A stretch of DNA of 64,000 nt from an uncultured Candidatus Saccharibacteria bacterium (GTDB lineage: Bacteria > Patescibacteriota > Minisyncoccia > Phycocordibacterales > UBA2100): positions 138,050-202,049 of the forward strand of contig CAYNRJ010000001.1 of assembly GCA_964399865.1 (NCBI GenBank), read 5' to 3'. Made by a program: the position numbers and the translations under genes. The notes below the pieces were generated by a model. That model searched no databases. It saw only the letters and a program-made list of their open reading frames with translations, and had not been told where the DNA came from. Positions 29,098-38,292 of the stretch are shown piece after piece (positions within the stretch are counted from its first letter, which is position 1; the number at the start of each line of letters is the position of its first letter).

Positions 29098-30348
29098 CTA
29101 TTCCAAAAGCAGAGCTGCGGCCTTTTCCATTTGAGGGTCTCTGCCCGCTTCCCTATCCTCGTCGGTTAACTCCACCTTTACGTCCGGCGCGATGCCCTCA
29201 AGCGGGATCTGCGTACCGCTTGGTGGTAGCCATCTGGCCACAGTTATCTTGAGTGATGTGTCTGAAGTTATGTCTACTAACTCCTGTACCGATCCTTTTC
29301 CAAATGAATTCACTCCTACTATTTGTGCGACATCGTAGTGACGAAGTGCTTCCGCGAGAATTTCTGATGCCGATGCTGAACCGCGGTTAACAAGTGTCAC
29401 CATTTCAAGATTATTGTTGAACGCATTGTATCCACGTGAGCGATGGACTGCTCCTTGCTCATGATTTGCGTACTCTTCCGTAACTACGATCCTGCCCGAT
29501 GGAAGGAACCAGCTTGCCATATCAACTGCTGCCTCAAGGTATCCGCCTGGATTACCACGTAGATCGAGAATAAGTTTATTACTACCTGATTCAACGAATT
29601 CACGGAGCGCGCCACGGAACAATTGCGGAGAGTTGGCGGTAAAACTCATAAGCTGAATTACGAATACACCGTCAGAGCGAAGCTCAGTATCAACTATCGG
29701 CACATTGATCACATCACGTGTCACTTTCAATTCGCGGGGTTCTGCCCACCCTTCGCGAGAGATAGTGAGGGTGACCGAACTTCCCTTTGGTCCGCGGATC
29801 TTCTTTACAGCCTCCTCCACATTTAGACCTCGAGTGTCCGCCCCATCAATTTTGAGTACCCTGTCCCCGCTCTGTATTCCAGCAGCGGCTGCGGGAGAAC
29901 CTTTGAGTGGAGAAACAACGGTGAGTAGTTCGTCACGGATCGCGATCTCCATTCCAACTCCTTCAAACACACCACTGATATCTTCGGCGAATTGCTTATT
30001 CTCTACCGGAGGAAGGAAATACGTGTACGGATCATTAAGAGACCCTGCGAGCCCTTGGATCATCCCCCACACACGATCTTCTGCTATCTCTTTTGTCGAA
30101 GTCGCAATCGGTGTCGTTGAAGCAACTGCAGCTGGGACAAATTTCTCATCAATTATTTGCCATGCTTTCCACACTGGAGAGAGGTCAACCCCCTCAGGCG
30201 CTGAAGCCCCTCCAAACGTGTCCTCGGCTCCATTTGCTCCGCTTACAAGCCCTAACAAAAAGCCGATAATAAGAATTGCGAGTCCGGACGCAATAGCGGT
30301 GCGCAAGGAAACTGTCTTTTGAGGCTCGACGTCAAATAGAGAGCGCAT
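29098..30348 (-). CDS. Carboxyl-terminal processing protease (S41 family) with a PDZ domain.
   Basis: N-terminal TM/signal, a PDZ domain and the S41 catalytic region (GSASASEI...K). 416 aa. Confidence 0.85.
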   Translation of the reverse strand: MRSLFDVEPQKTVSLRTAIASGLAILIIGFLLGLVSGANGAEDTFGGASAPEGVDLSPVWKAWQIIDEKFVPAAVASTTPIATSTKEIAEDRVWGMIQGLAGSLNDPYTYFLPPVENKQFAEDISGVFEGVGMEIAIRDELLTVVSPLKGSPAAAAGIQSGDRVLKIDGADTRGLNVEEAVKKIRGPKGSSVTLTISREGWAEPRELKVTRDVINVPIVDTELRSDGVFVIQLMSFTANSPQLFRGALREFVESGSNKLILDLRGNPGGYLEAAVDMASWFLPSGRIVVTEEYANHEQGAVHRSRGYNAFNNNLEMVTLVNRGSASASEILAEALRHYDVAQIVGVNSFGKGSVQELVDITSDTSLKITVARWLPPSGTQIPLEGIAPDVKVELTDEDREAGRDPQMEKAAALLLE

Positions 30349-30439
30349 ATATAAAGAAGAAGTATAGCAAACGCTGAATCGCGCGCATAATCCCTGATAA
30401 TCGTTAATATGGTATTCTGTCCTAAACTAATAGAATCAT

Positions 30440-31924
30440 ATGAAGTTCTGGGAGAAACTGGAGAACCTATTGGGTAAAAAGACGACTACCGGGCCCCTAT
30501 ATTTTCATAACACCCTCACCAATTCGAAAGAAGAATTTACCCTGCCGCAAAACGTACGCAAAGTCCGCATGTACAACTGTGGCCCCACCGTCTACGGCTT
30601 GCAGCACATCGGAAACCTTTCGTATGCGGTATTCGTAAACATTCTCCGTCGCACTCTTGATTACAACGGCTTTACAGTAAAACAGGTAATGAACTTCACT
30701 GATGTGGGGCATCTCACATCCGATTCTGATGAAGGCGATGACAAGATGGTAAAAGGACTCAAGCGTGACGGCCTCGAACCAACGCTTGAAAACATGAAGC
30801 TCCTCGGTGAGAAATACGCAGCGCAATTCCTGAGCGACGTCAGCAAACTTAATATCGACACATCGCAAATTACATTTCCACGTGCAAGTGACCACATTGC
30901 GGGGCAGATCGCAATGGTGCAAACTCTTGAAGAAAAAGGATACGCATATAAAACAAAAAAGGGTGTGTACTTCGACACGTCTCGCTTCCCTGAGTATGGA
31001 GCTCTCGGTGGGATTGATCTCGCTGGTCTTAAGGAGGGCGCACGTATCGCCGCCGATCCTGAGAAACGTAACCCGACCGACTTTAATCTTTGGAAACTAA
31101 GTAAGAAATTAGGCTGGCCATCGCCTTGGGGCAAGGGCTATCCGGGATGGCATATAGAGTGCTCCGCGATGATAAACGCCACTCTCGGTAAGCAGATAGA
31201 CATTCACACCGGAGGCATTGAGCATATTCCGGTGCACCACAACAATGAAATAGCTCAGTCTGAGGCTGCTACAGGAAAGAAGCCGATGTCCCGCTTCTGG
31301 CTCCATCGCGCACACCTACAAATTGAGGGCTCAAAGATTGCCAAATCCGAAGGTAATACAATTTATCTATCCGACATAGAAAGTCGCGGCTTCCATCCCC
31401 TTTCGTTCCGCTACCTTCTTCTCACATCGCACTACAGTACGCCTGCGAGTTTTTCATGGGATGCACTCAGCGCTGCGCAAACATCATTCTTAAAGTTACG
31501 CCGATTCGTAGAGACAGCTGAAGATGGTGGCACGATTCTTTCTTCTTACCAAAAGAAGATCCGTGAGAGATTGAACGATAACCTCGACACCTCAGGAGCA
31601 CTCGGCATTGTCTGGGAAATGCAGAAAGACCATACCGAATCTGGTGCGGATATAAAGGCAACGATACTCGATGCAGACAGAGTATTAGGACTAGGGCTCG
31701 GTAACTCGGATACCAAACTGACTGAACTCTCCGATAAGCACTTCGGAAAATCTGTTTCTTCAAACGAGCTCCCTAAAGAGGTTCAGGAATTAATTGAGAA
31801 GCGGGAGATGGCACGTAAAGAAAAGAATTGGGCTATAGCAGACGAGGCCCGCGCAGAATTAGAGAAACGGGGATTCTCTATAGAGGATACTCCGAATGGG
31901 CCGCAAGCTTCTATTCGCGGATAA
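30440..31924 (+). CDS. cysS: Cysteinyl-tRNA synthetase.
   Basis: YNCGPTVY...HIGN (HIGH) and KIAKSEGN (KMSKS), plus a C-terminal DALR-like helical domain. 494 aa. Confidence 0.9.
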   Translation: MKFWEKLENLLGKKTTTGPLYFHNTLTNSKEEFTLPQNVRKVRMYNCGPTVYGLQHIGNLSYAVFVNILRRTLDYNGFTVKQVMNFTDVGHLTSDSDEGDDKMVKGLKRDGLEPTLENMKLLGEKYAAQFLSDVSKLNIDTSQITFPRASDHIAGQIAMVQTLEEKGYAYKTKKGVYFDTSRFPEYGALGGIDLAGLKEGARIAADPEKRNPTDFNLWKLSKKLGWPSPWGKGYPGWHIECSAMINATLGKQIDIHTGGIEHIPVHHNNEIAQSEAATGKKPMSRFWLHRAHLQIEGSKIAKSEGNTIYLSDIESRGFHPLSFRYLLLTSHYSTPASFSWDALSAAQTSFLKLRRFVETAEDGGTILSSYQKKIRERLNDNLDTSGALGIVWEMQKDHTESGADIKATILDADRVLGLGLGNSDTKLTELSDKHFGKSVSSNELPKEVQELIEKREMARKEKNWAIADEARAELEKRGFSIEDTPNGPQASIRG

Positions 31925-34766
31925 CAAAGTTCACAAGACGATTCGGAACGACAATAGTTCGTAAGATCTCCTTACCTTCGAGCCTTTCCTTCACAGCTTC
32001 TTTTGCAGCAGCTTCGACTCCCGCTTTATCCGTGTCAGCAGCGATTTTTGTTTCTCCTCGCGTCTTACCATTCACCTGTATAGCGATAGTGATGCTTTCC
32101 TCTTTCAACTTTGCAGCATCAAACGCTGGCCATTTTTCAAGATGAATTGATTTTTTATTACCCGATGCGCGCCACAACTCTTCCGTCATATGCGGTGCAA
32201 ATGGCGCAAGAAGCCTGAGAAGTGTTTCCCACTGCTTCTTGCCGATACTTCCCTCTTTCTCGATCGCATTCATCAGTATCATCATCGAACTTATCGCCGT
32301 GTTGAATTTGAGCGCAGAGATATCGTCTGTCACTTTCTTTATGGTCTTGTGTATCAATGGATCAAGTGCATCAACATTTCCCTTCTTGATTATCTCGCGC
32401 TCACTGATATTCCAGATGCGCTCAAGGAATCTTCGCACTCCTACAACGCCGTCGGGGTTCCACGGATAATTTGAGACTTCGTTGTAAGGGCCGACGAACG
32501 CGAGATACATACGCACCGTGTCCGACCCTACTTTTGCTACCTCTTTATCCGGGTCAATGACATTACCGCGCGATTTCGACATTTTCTGACCATCCGGGCC
32601 GAGGATGAGAGAGCGGTTCATGCGACGCGTATATGGCTCAGCATCTTTTACGAGTCCTAGATCAAAGAGTGCCTTGTGCCAGAATCGAGAATAGAGTACG
32701 TGCATTGTGGTGTGCTCAGCACCGCCTGAGTAGAGATCAATCGGCATCCAGTTTGCCTGCTTCTTTGCGTCTGCAAATTTCGACTTGTTCTTCGGATCCG
32801 TATAACGAAGGAAGTACCACGAAGAATCCACGAATGTGTCTAGCGTATCGGTCTCTCGTTCCGCCTTTCCCTTACACTCCGGACATTTCACATTCACCCA
32901 TTTCGTAGCCTTTGCGAGCGGCGATTTTCCACTGCCATCGGGAAGATAATCCTTTATCTCTGGCAGTTTAACTGGCAAATCTTTATCCGGCACAGCGACA
33001 GGCCCACACTTGGCGCAATGAATGATAGGAATTGGCACTCCCCAATAACGCTGACGCGAAACTATCCAGTCGCGCAATTTGTACGTAGTTTTCTTTTTTC
33101 CGAATCGCTCGGTAATTGCAACTCGAGCTTCTTCTGAGTTCATCCCGTTGAAGTCCCCTGACTCTGTGAGAATTCCCTTCCCCGCGTAGGCACTCTCTCC
33201 TTGTGCGCGGGACCAAACAACACTCATGTCTCCTCTGTTGAGAAATTGTGCTACTTCGTCGCGCTTAATCCATACCACTTCGTGAAGATCCTTCTCTGTT
33301 TGAGCAACCTCCTCGCGAGCTCCATCTTTTAGCTGAAATAGAAACGGTATGTAGTGACCGAAGCGATTTTCCTTTCTATAAAGCGAATAGAATTGCGCGT
33401 GCACTGCGCCACCGAGAGGCTTCACGATTTCTGCGTTCAAATACCCTGTCTCTTCGCGGATCTCTCTTTGTGCTGTAAGAAGTGACTCCTCACCCTTCTC
33501 GATGCCACCTGTAACAAACGCTTTGACTCCGGATCCGCCCTTCCATCGCAGGCACAAATACTCGTCTTTCTCCCAATGCTTAATGACTGCGGCAACTGCA
33601 TGGCGGTCGACAAGCGGTAAGCCAGGTCGCACTGCGTCAGCAGCAGCTCCCTCAACAATACTAAGTGGCTGTACAACTTCGACGATCGGTAGATTAAATT
33701 TTTGCGCAAACGCAAAGTCGCGCTCGTCGTGTGCAGGCACTGCCATAACAGCGCCCGTACCGTACTGAGCAAGTGCGTAATCAGCAATCCACACGGGAAT
33801 CTCTTTCCCTGTTGCAGGATTGATTGCCTTTACACCCTTGAGTTCGACTCCGGTCTTTTCCTTTTGATCAGTTTGACGTTCCAGTTCTGTCTTCTTGCTT
33901 GCTTGGAGTACGTACGCATCTACCTCTTTTTTATTTTCCAAAGTAGAGGCAAGTTTCGCCACCAGTGGATGCTCTGGCGCGAGTACAACATACGTAACTC
34001 CGTATAGGGTGTCAGCTCGAGTAGTAAAGACTTCGATCGCCTGATCAGAAACGCCGCCTTTCAATTTAAAACTTAGGATCGCACCTTCTGAGCGCCCTAT
34101 CCAATTGCGCTGCGATTCCTTGATCTGCTCCGGCCAATTGAGCGGCTTCAGGTCGTCGATCAGTCTATCCGCGTAATCAGTAATTCGCAGATTCCACTGC
34201 AACATCTCTTTTTGAATCACTTCTGTCTTGCAACGTTCGCATTTACCATCTTCTACCTGCTCATTTGCGAGCACTGTCTTGCACGATGGACACCAATTGA
34301 CTGGAGTATTCTTACGGTATGCGAGATTATTCTTGAAGAATTGGAGGAACTGCCACTGTGTCCATTTGTAATATTCTGGCACGCAGGTGATCACCTCACG
34401 TGACCAGTCGAAGGATGTACCCATCGACTGCATCTGCTTTCTCATGTATGCGATATTCCCGAGAGTCCACTTGCGAGGATTTAATTTATTTTTGATGGCT
34501 GCATTTTCTGCAGGAAGCCCAAAGGCATCGAAGCCTATCGGGTAGAGCACGTTCTTACCCTGCATTCGCATAGTACGAGCGAGAATGTCCGGCACAGAAA
34601 ACGCGTACCAGTGTCCCACGTGTAAATTGCCCGACGGATACGGAAACTCAACAAGGAGGTAAAAATTATCCTTCTTTTTTACACTATCGGAGACCTTGTA
34701 CACCTTCTTTTTATCCCAGTCTTTCTGCCACTTTTTCTCGATCTTTGTATGGTCGTACCGCTTCAT
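31911..34766 (-). CDS. leuS: Leucyl-tRNA synthetase with an embedded Nudix hydrolase domain.
   Basis: HIGH (NLHVGH), KMSKS (KMSKSRGN), a CP1 segment (TTRADTLYG...AVPAHDERD) and Zn-knuckle cysteines. An about 135-aa insertion carries a perfect Nudix box (GGIEKGEESLLTAQREIREETGY). Confidence 0.9.
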   Translation of the reverse strand: MKRYDHTKIEKKWQKDWDKKKVYKVSDSVKKKDNFYLLVEFPYPSGNLHVGHWYAFSVPDILARTMRMQGKNVLYPIGFDAFGLPAENAAIKNKLNPRKWTLGNIAYMRKQMQSMGTSFDWSREVITCVPEYYKWTQWQFLQFFKNNLAYRKNTPVNWCPSCKTVLANEQVEDGKCERCKTEVIQKEMLQWNLRITDYADRLIDDLKPLNWPEQIKESQRNWIGRSEGAILSFKLKGGVSDQAIEVFTTRADTLYGVTYVVLAPEHPLVAKLASTLENKKEVDAYVLQASKKTELERQTDQKEKTGVELKGVKAINPATGKEIPVWIADYALAQYGTGAVMAVPAHDERDFAFAQKFNLPIVEVVQPLSIVEGAAADAVRPGLPLVDRHAVAAVIKHWEKDEYLCLRWKGGSGVKAFVTGGIEKGEESLLTAQREIREETGYLNAEIVKPLGGAVHAQFYSLYRKENRFGHYIPFLFQLKDGAREEVAQTEKDLHEVVWIKRDEVAQFLNRGDMSVVWSRAQGESAYAGKGILTESGDFNGMNSEEARVAITERFGKKKTTYKLRDWIVSRQRYWGVPIPIIHCAKCGPVAVPDKDLPVKLPEIKDYLPDGSGKSPLAKATKWVNVKCPECKGKAERETDTLDTFVDSSWYFLRYTDPKNKSKFADAKKQANWMPIDLYSGGAEHTTMHVLYSRFWHKALFDLGLVKDAEPYTRRMNRSLILGPDGQKMSKSRGNVIDPDKEVAKVGSDTVRMYLAFVGPYNEVSNYPWNPDGVVGVRRFLERIWNISEREIIKKGNVDALDPLIHKTIKKVTDDISALKFNTAISSMMILMNAIEKEGSIGKKQWETLLRLLAPFAPHMTEELWRASGNKKSIHLEKWPAFDAAKLKEESITIAIQVNGKTRGETKIAADTDKAGVEAAAKEAVKERLEGKEILRTIVVPNRLVNFVIRE
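33207..33614 (-). other. Nudix hydrolase domain inserted within LeuS (about aa 385-520).
   Basis: Nudix box Gx5Ex7REUxEExGU reads exactly as GGIEKGE-ESLLTAQ-REIREETGY. The flanks align to LeuS sequence on either side (FNLPIVEVV / ESAYAGKGILTESGDFNGM). Confidence 0.75.
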
Positions 34767-34820
34767 GGGAGAAGAGTATCACGAGGAAAACTGCCCTCAA
34801 AACGTGCTATTCTTAGACAA

Positions 34821-35069
34821 ATGTGGCAAGACTGGGTCATCAGTGGCACGCAGATAGTCCTCCTACTTTCGTTCCTACCGACGGTCTTCCATCCTACTCA
34901 GAAACCAGTGCTCTCAACCTGCTTCGTCACGACGCTGTGCCTAGCATCTTTCGCGTTTGTATACTTCACTCTTGAGTTCTGGTTTGCGGCTGTAACTGGC
35001 ACCGTACTCACTATTCTTTGGGGAATTGTCACCGTACAAAGGTACCGATTAAATAAGAAGGCTCAGTGA
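34821..35069 (+). CDS. Hypothetical small membrane protein.
   Basis: 82 aa from an internal ATG with 2-3 TM helices. The longer track ORF overlaps the leuS start. Weakly supported. Confidence 0.3.
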   Translation: MWQDWVISGTQIVLLLSFLPTVFHPTQKPVLSTCFVTTLCLASFAFVYFTLEFWFAAVTGTVLTILWGIVTVQRYRLNKKAQ

Positions 35070-35110
35070 GAAAACCGCCCCATGAGGGGCGGTTCTTCCT
35101 TTATATCTTT
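35066..35110. terminator. Bidirectional terminator hairpin.
   Basis: GAGAAAACCGCCCCatgaGGGGCGGTTCTTCCTTTAT between convergent genes. Confidence 0.55.
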
Positions 35111-36039
35111 GTGTACGGAGGGTACCTTTCAGGATCTATTGTCCTCTCAAAGCATGTTTCGCCTACACCATGCTGCCAGTTCTCCCCTTCTATTCCACCA
35201 TATGGTGAAGAGACGACTTTCCCGTTTACTTGCGGCATATCTGCGCTATCTGAATTGAATTCCGCACACAGCTCAAATGTGTACGGAGCCTTCGTTACGC
35301 GGTATGTGTAGTCTCCTCCAGTTTGAGGATCTACTGGTATAACAGCTCCACTTATTGGATCTTTAAGCTGGTCGAGGTTCGCAGGAAGCTCCTCTTTCTG
35401 CTGCCAGTAATTGATTACCTGCCACTGAATATTCTGAAGGTCGCTTACCTTCTGACTATCGTAGCGGAGAAGGCGGACTTCGCCTGGTGTCCCCATGATA
35501 AAGAAGCCGGAGATAATGGAGACGAGGACTGCAATCCCGGCCGCTACTCCGACGAGTTTCGCTCGAGAAGGATTTGCCACCCAATATCCGCGAAGATCCG
35601 CAAGGAAGTGCAGGAAGACACCGCCTGCAACTAGAAGCACTACGAGTACCTTGAGAACGAATCGCGTAGTGAAATCGCCTCCGAGGAATGTATTCACCAA
35701 AGCGATAAGATCACCTACGACGGTCGCACCTGCGATAAATACTGTAAGTACGAGAGCCCACTTACGGACCCATAGGTCTGCCTTCTCTGGGAAGCGAACG
35801 ATATCGCTTCGAATGAGACGCATGAGGATGATCGTAAGAGGGACAAGCACAATAAGGGTCGCCATAGCGAACCTGATCCCACCGGAGAATGGATCTACCC
35901 AATACGCGAATGGATCTGGGTACGCGTAATCTATGTACTCAAAAAGCAGAGTTATTAAGGCAATAACACTCCCATACAGCGCAATCATTGCGCCCGCCCA
36001 TAGGAAGAAATCCTTAGGGGTTACTTTTGGTTTATTCAT
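35101..36039 (-). CDS. Hypothetical membrane protein (4 TM N-terminal region plus an extracytoplasmic C-terminal domain).
   Basis: Start chosen at M7 (MNKPKV). Predicted TM helices, then a Cys-containing C-terminal domain. No confident family. Confidence 0.4.
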   Translation of the reverse strand: MNKPKVTPKDFFLWAGAMIALYGSVIALITLLFEYIDYAYPDPFAYWVDPFSGGIRFAMATLIVLVPLTIILMRLIRSDIVRFPEKADLWVRKWALVLTVFIAGATVVGDLIALVNTFLGGDFTTRFVLKVLVVLLVAGGVFLHFLADLRGYWVANPSRAKLVGVAAGIAVLVSIISGFFIMGTPGEVRLLRYDSQKVSDLQNIQWQVINYWQQKEELPANLDQLKDPISGAVIPVDPQTGGDYTYRVTKAPYTFELCAEFNSDSADMPQVNGKVVSSPYGGIEGENWQHGVGETCFERTIDPERYPPYTKI

Positions 36040-36072
36040 ATGAAGTGAGTATATCACTTCATTAAGGCGCGG

Positions 36073-37173
36073 CTAGCTGTGGAGGAACTCCATTACGTCG
36101 CCGTCTTTAACGATATATTCCTTACCTTCAGTACGAAGGCCTCCCTTTGCACGAGCGGCAGCAAACGAACCTGCTTCAAGCAATTTATCCCATTCTATGA
36201 CTTCCGCCCGTATGAATTTGTCCCTAAAGTCCGAGTGAATTGCAGCTCCTGCCGCAGGCGCCGTTGAGCCCCTGTGAATGGTCCACGCACGGCTTTCCTT
36301 CTCCCCCGTTGTGAAAAATGAAATGAGATCGAGAAGTTTATACCCCGCCTGTATGAGCGCGTTAATACCGTCTTCGGAAACACCGAGCTCTCGCCTAAAG
36401 TCCATTCTCTCATCATCATGCACGTCCGAGAGTTCACTTTCTACGCCGGCATCAATGCTTACCCAAGAAGCACCCGCGTCCTCAAAATATTGCTTCAACG
36501 TTCTCCAACGTTCTGCGTTTTCCTGCTCGACGTTCACAGAACCACTCTTCATATTTAGTACGTATAAGACTGGCTTCATCGTAAGAAGATGGAGCGACTG
36601 TGCTTTAAGCTTTTCCTCTTCAGTTAAATTCACTGTACGCGCTGGTCTCCCTGCTTCGAGCGCCGGCACGATCTTCTTAAGCACGTCCCTCTCTGCGATG
36701 ATCTCCTTGTCGCCACCTCGTGCATCGCGCTCGACTCGCTCAAGGCGCTTAGAAGCTCCGTCGAGGTCCGCGAGCACTAACTCCGTGTTTATGATCTCTA
36801 CGTCATGAAGAGGATCCACTTGTCCGTGCACGTGGAGAATGTCGTCGTCATCGAATACGCGCACTACTTCTGCGATCGCATCTACTTCTCGTATGTGTGA
36901 AAGAAATTGATTCCCAAGACCCTCTCCTTCTGAAGCACCTTTTACAAGACCCGCGATATCAACGAATTCAATCACAGCGGGAACTGTTTTTTGTGATTTC
37001 GACATCTTCGCAAGCGCATCCAAACGATGATCAGGGACTGCAACAACTCCGACCGACGGATCTATTGTTGCAAAGGGATAATTTGCGACCAGTACTCCCT
37101 TTTTGGTAAGTGCGTTAAAAAGCGTCGATTTCCCGACGTTCGGAAGTCCAACTATGCCTATCGAAAGCCCCAT
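36073..37173 (-). CDS. ychF: Ribosome-binding ATPase YchF (Obg-family).
   Basis: G1 (GLPNVGKST), G2-G4 motifs and a C-terminal TGS domain. 366 aa. Confidence 0.9.
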   Translation of the reverse strand: MGLSIGIVGLPNVGKSTLFNALTKKGVLVANYPFATIDPSVGVVAVPDHRLDALAKMSKSQKTVPAVIEFVDIAGLVKGASEGEGLGNQFLSHIREVDAIAEVVRVFDDDDILHVHGQVDPLHDVEIINTELVLADLDGASKRLERVERDARGGDKEIIAERDVLKKIVPALEAGRPARTVNLTEEEKLKAQSLHLLTMKPVLYVLNMKSGSVNVEQENAERWRTLKQYFEDAGASWVSIDAGVESELSDVHDDERMDFRRELGVSEDGINALIQAGYKLLDLISFFTTGEKESRAWTIHRGSTAPAAGAAIHSDFRDKFIRAEVIEWDKLLEAGSFAAARAKGGLRTEGKEYIVKDGDVMEFLHS

Positions 37174-37278
37174 GAATGGCCACTATAGCAGGATTCTGGT
37201 TGACTGCGTACTCTCGACGGGTGTAGCGTAGTTGTAAGGCAACGCTTTCGTTGCCTGTAGATGCAAGAAGGAGGATCA

Positions 37279-37392
37279 ATGCCTTTTAGTATGTATTTGT
37301 ATCCTCTCCCGCCTATGTCCGGGAGACAGCTCTGGGCCTGGGTCCAGGTAGCGTTCTGGGTTTGCCTTTTCGTCGCGGCAGTGACGATATAG
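37279..37392 (+). CDS. Putative 37-aa hydrophobic peptide (MPFSMYLYPLPPMSGRQLWAWVQVAFWVCLFVAAVTI).
   Basis: Hand-found ORF. A perfect SD (AGGAGGA) sits 5 nt upstream of the ATG. A GC hairpin starts 17 nt after the stop. Lies in a GC-rich intergenic patch. Confidence 0.3.
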   Translation: MPFSMYLYPLPPMSGRQLWAWVQVAFWVCLFVAAVTI

Positions 37393-37409
37393 CCGGCGAG
37401 GACGCGTGA

Positions 37410-37436
37410 GGCGGGCCCCACGGGCCCGCCTTCTCT
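37410..37436 (+). terminator. GC hairpin (copy 1 of a repeated hairpin).
   Basis: GGCGGGCCCcacGGGCCCGCC followed by TTCTCT. A near-identical copy sits at 38263-38292. Confidence 0.45.
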
Positions 37437-37544
37437 ATGAGTATGGGACGGTCATTGACCCGTATCCCCATTCGGGTGTAGCGTGCCTATCAGTAAGTCA
37501 GCGCGGCGCTGACATTAGAGGCATTTCTTCGTTTGGAGAAGACA

Positions 37545-38252
37545 ATGAGTCAGTCGCAGAAAATCCTCCCGTGGGATGTTCGGTACGCGCTCCAGTACCG
37601 TAAAGCTCAGCTTGGCGTTAGCGAGGTCCTTGATCTCGCGATCAATGGATTCGAGCCGGAGGCCGCCTACCTAGCGATCAAGATGGCGGCTTACGACCGA
37701 CTGCTTCAGCTCGAAATCATTCGACAGTTCGTTGAAAGTGTTCGCGATCTGGACGAGGTCGCGACCCGACCGGCGATCCGGCGTTTCGTCGAGCTAGTGA
37801 TGGCACGCATTCCAAGAGATCGTACCGTCGCGGGCGGTAAGCTCGCGCAGATCTCTCGCCAAGGATTCGAAACGTGGCAGGAGAAGTTTCGTGTCTGTTC
37901 CGAAGCGAGCTCGCAAGAAACAGCCGACGTGTACCTCCTTGGCCACGCGATCTTCATGGGACTCGCGTTCTTCGTGCAAGCGTTTCATCGTGCAGGCAAG
38001 AAATTGCGGACCCTCATTCCGGACATGGCACTCAAATCCGAGTCCTATATCTGCGGCTACGAGCTTCTGCCCGAGGTAACGTTCTTGCCTGCCGGGTTCG
38101 TCCGGGGTACAAACGCAGTAATTATCGACGACATGCAGCACACGGGAGAATCCGCACGCGAGATGCGCATGTTCTGGAAGCGTGGAGGTGGTTCAGTCTC
38201 GCGATTTAGGTTTCTCGCCGTCGCTTCGGCGGTCGTCGCGACCGGAAACTGA
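37545..38252 (+). CDS. Phosphoribosyltransferase-domain protein (type I PRT motif) with an unknown N-terminal domain. GC-rich.
   Basis: C-terminal NAVIIDDMQHTGESA matches the PRPP-binding motif of type I PRTases. Start set at the ATG after SD GGAGAAG. The track start is TTG at 37533. Confidence 0.5.
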   Translation: MSQSQKILPWDVRYALQYRKAQLGVSEVLDLAINGFEPEAAYLAIKMAAYDRLLQLEIIRQFVESVRDLDEVATRPAIRRFVELVMARIPRDRTVAGGKLAQISRQGFETWQEKFRVCSEASSQETADVYLLGHAIFMGLAFFVQAFHRAGKKLRTLIPDMALKSESYICGYELLPEVTFLPAGFVRGTNAVIIDDMQHTGESAREMRMFWKRGGGSVSRFRFLAVASAVVATGN

Positions 38253-38262
38253 ATCGATCGTC

Positions 38263-38292
38263 GGCGGGCCCCATCGGCCCGCCGTTTCTTCT
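38263..38292 (+). terminator. Rho-independent terminator (copy 2 of the repeated hairpin).
   Basis: CGGCGGGCCccatcGGCCCGCCG followed by TTTCTTC. Confidence 0.55.

Noticed and set aside
37158-37421. Minus-strand 87-aa ORF in the ychF upstream region.
   Set aside because: No RBS and an odd composition. It overlaps the better-supported small plus-strand ORF and hairpin.
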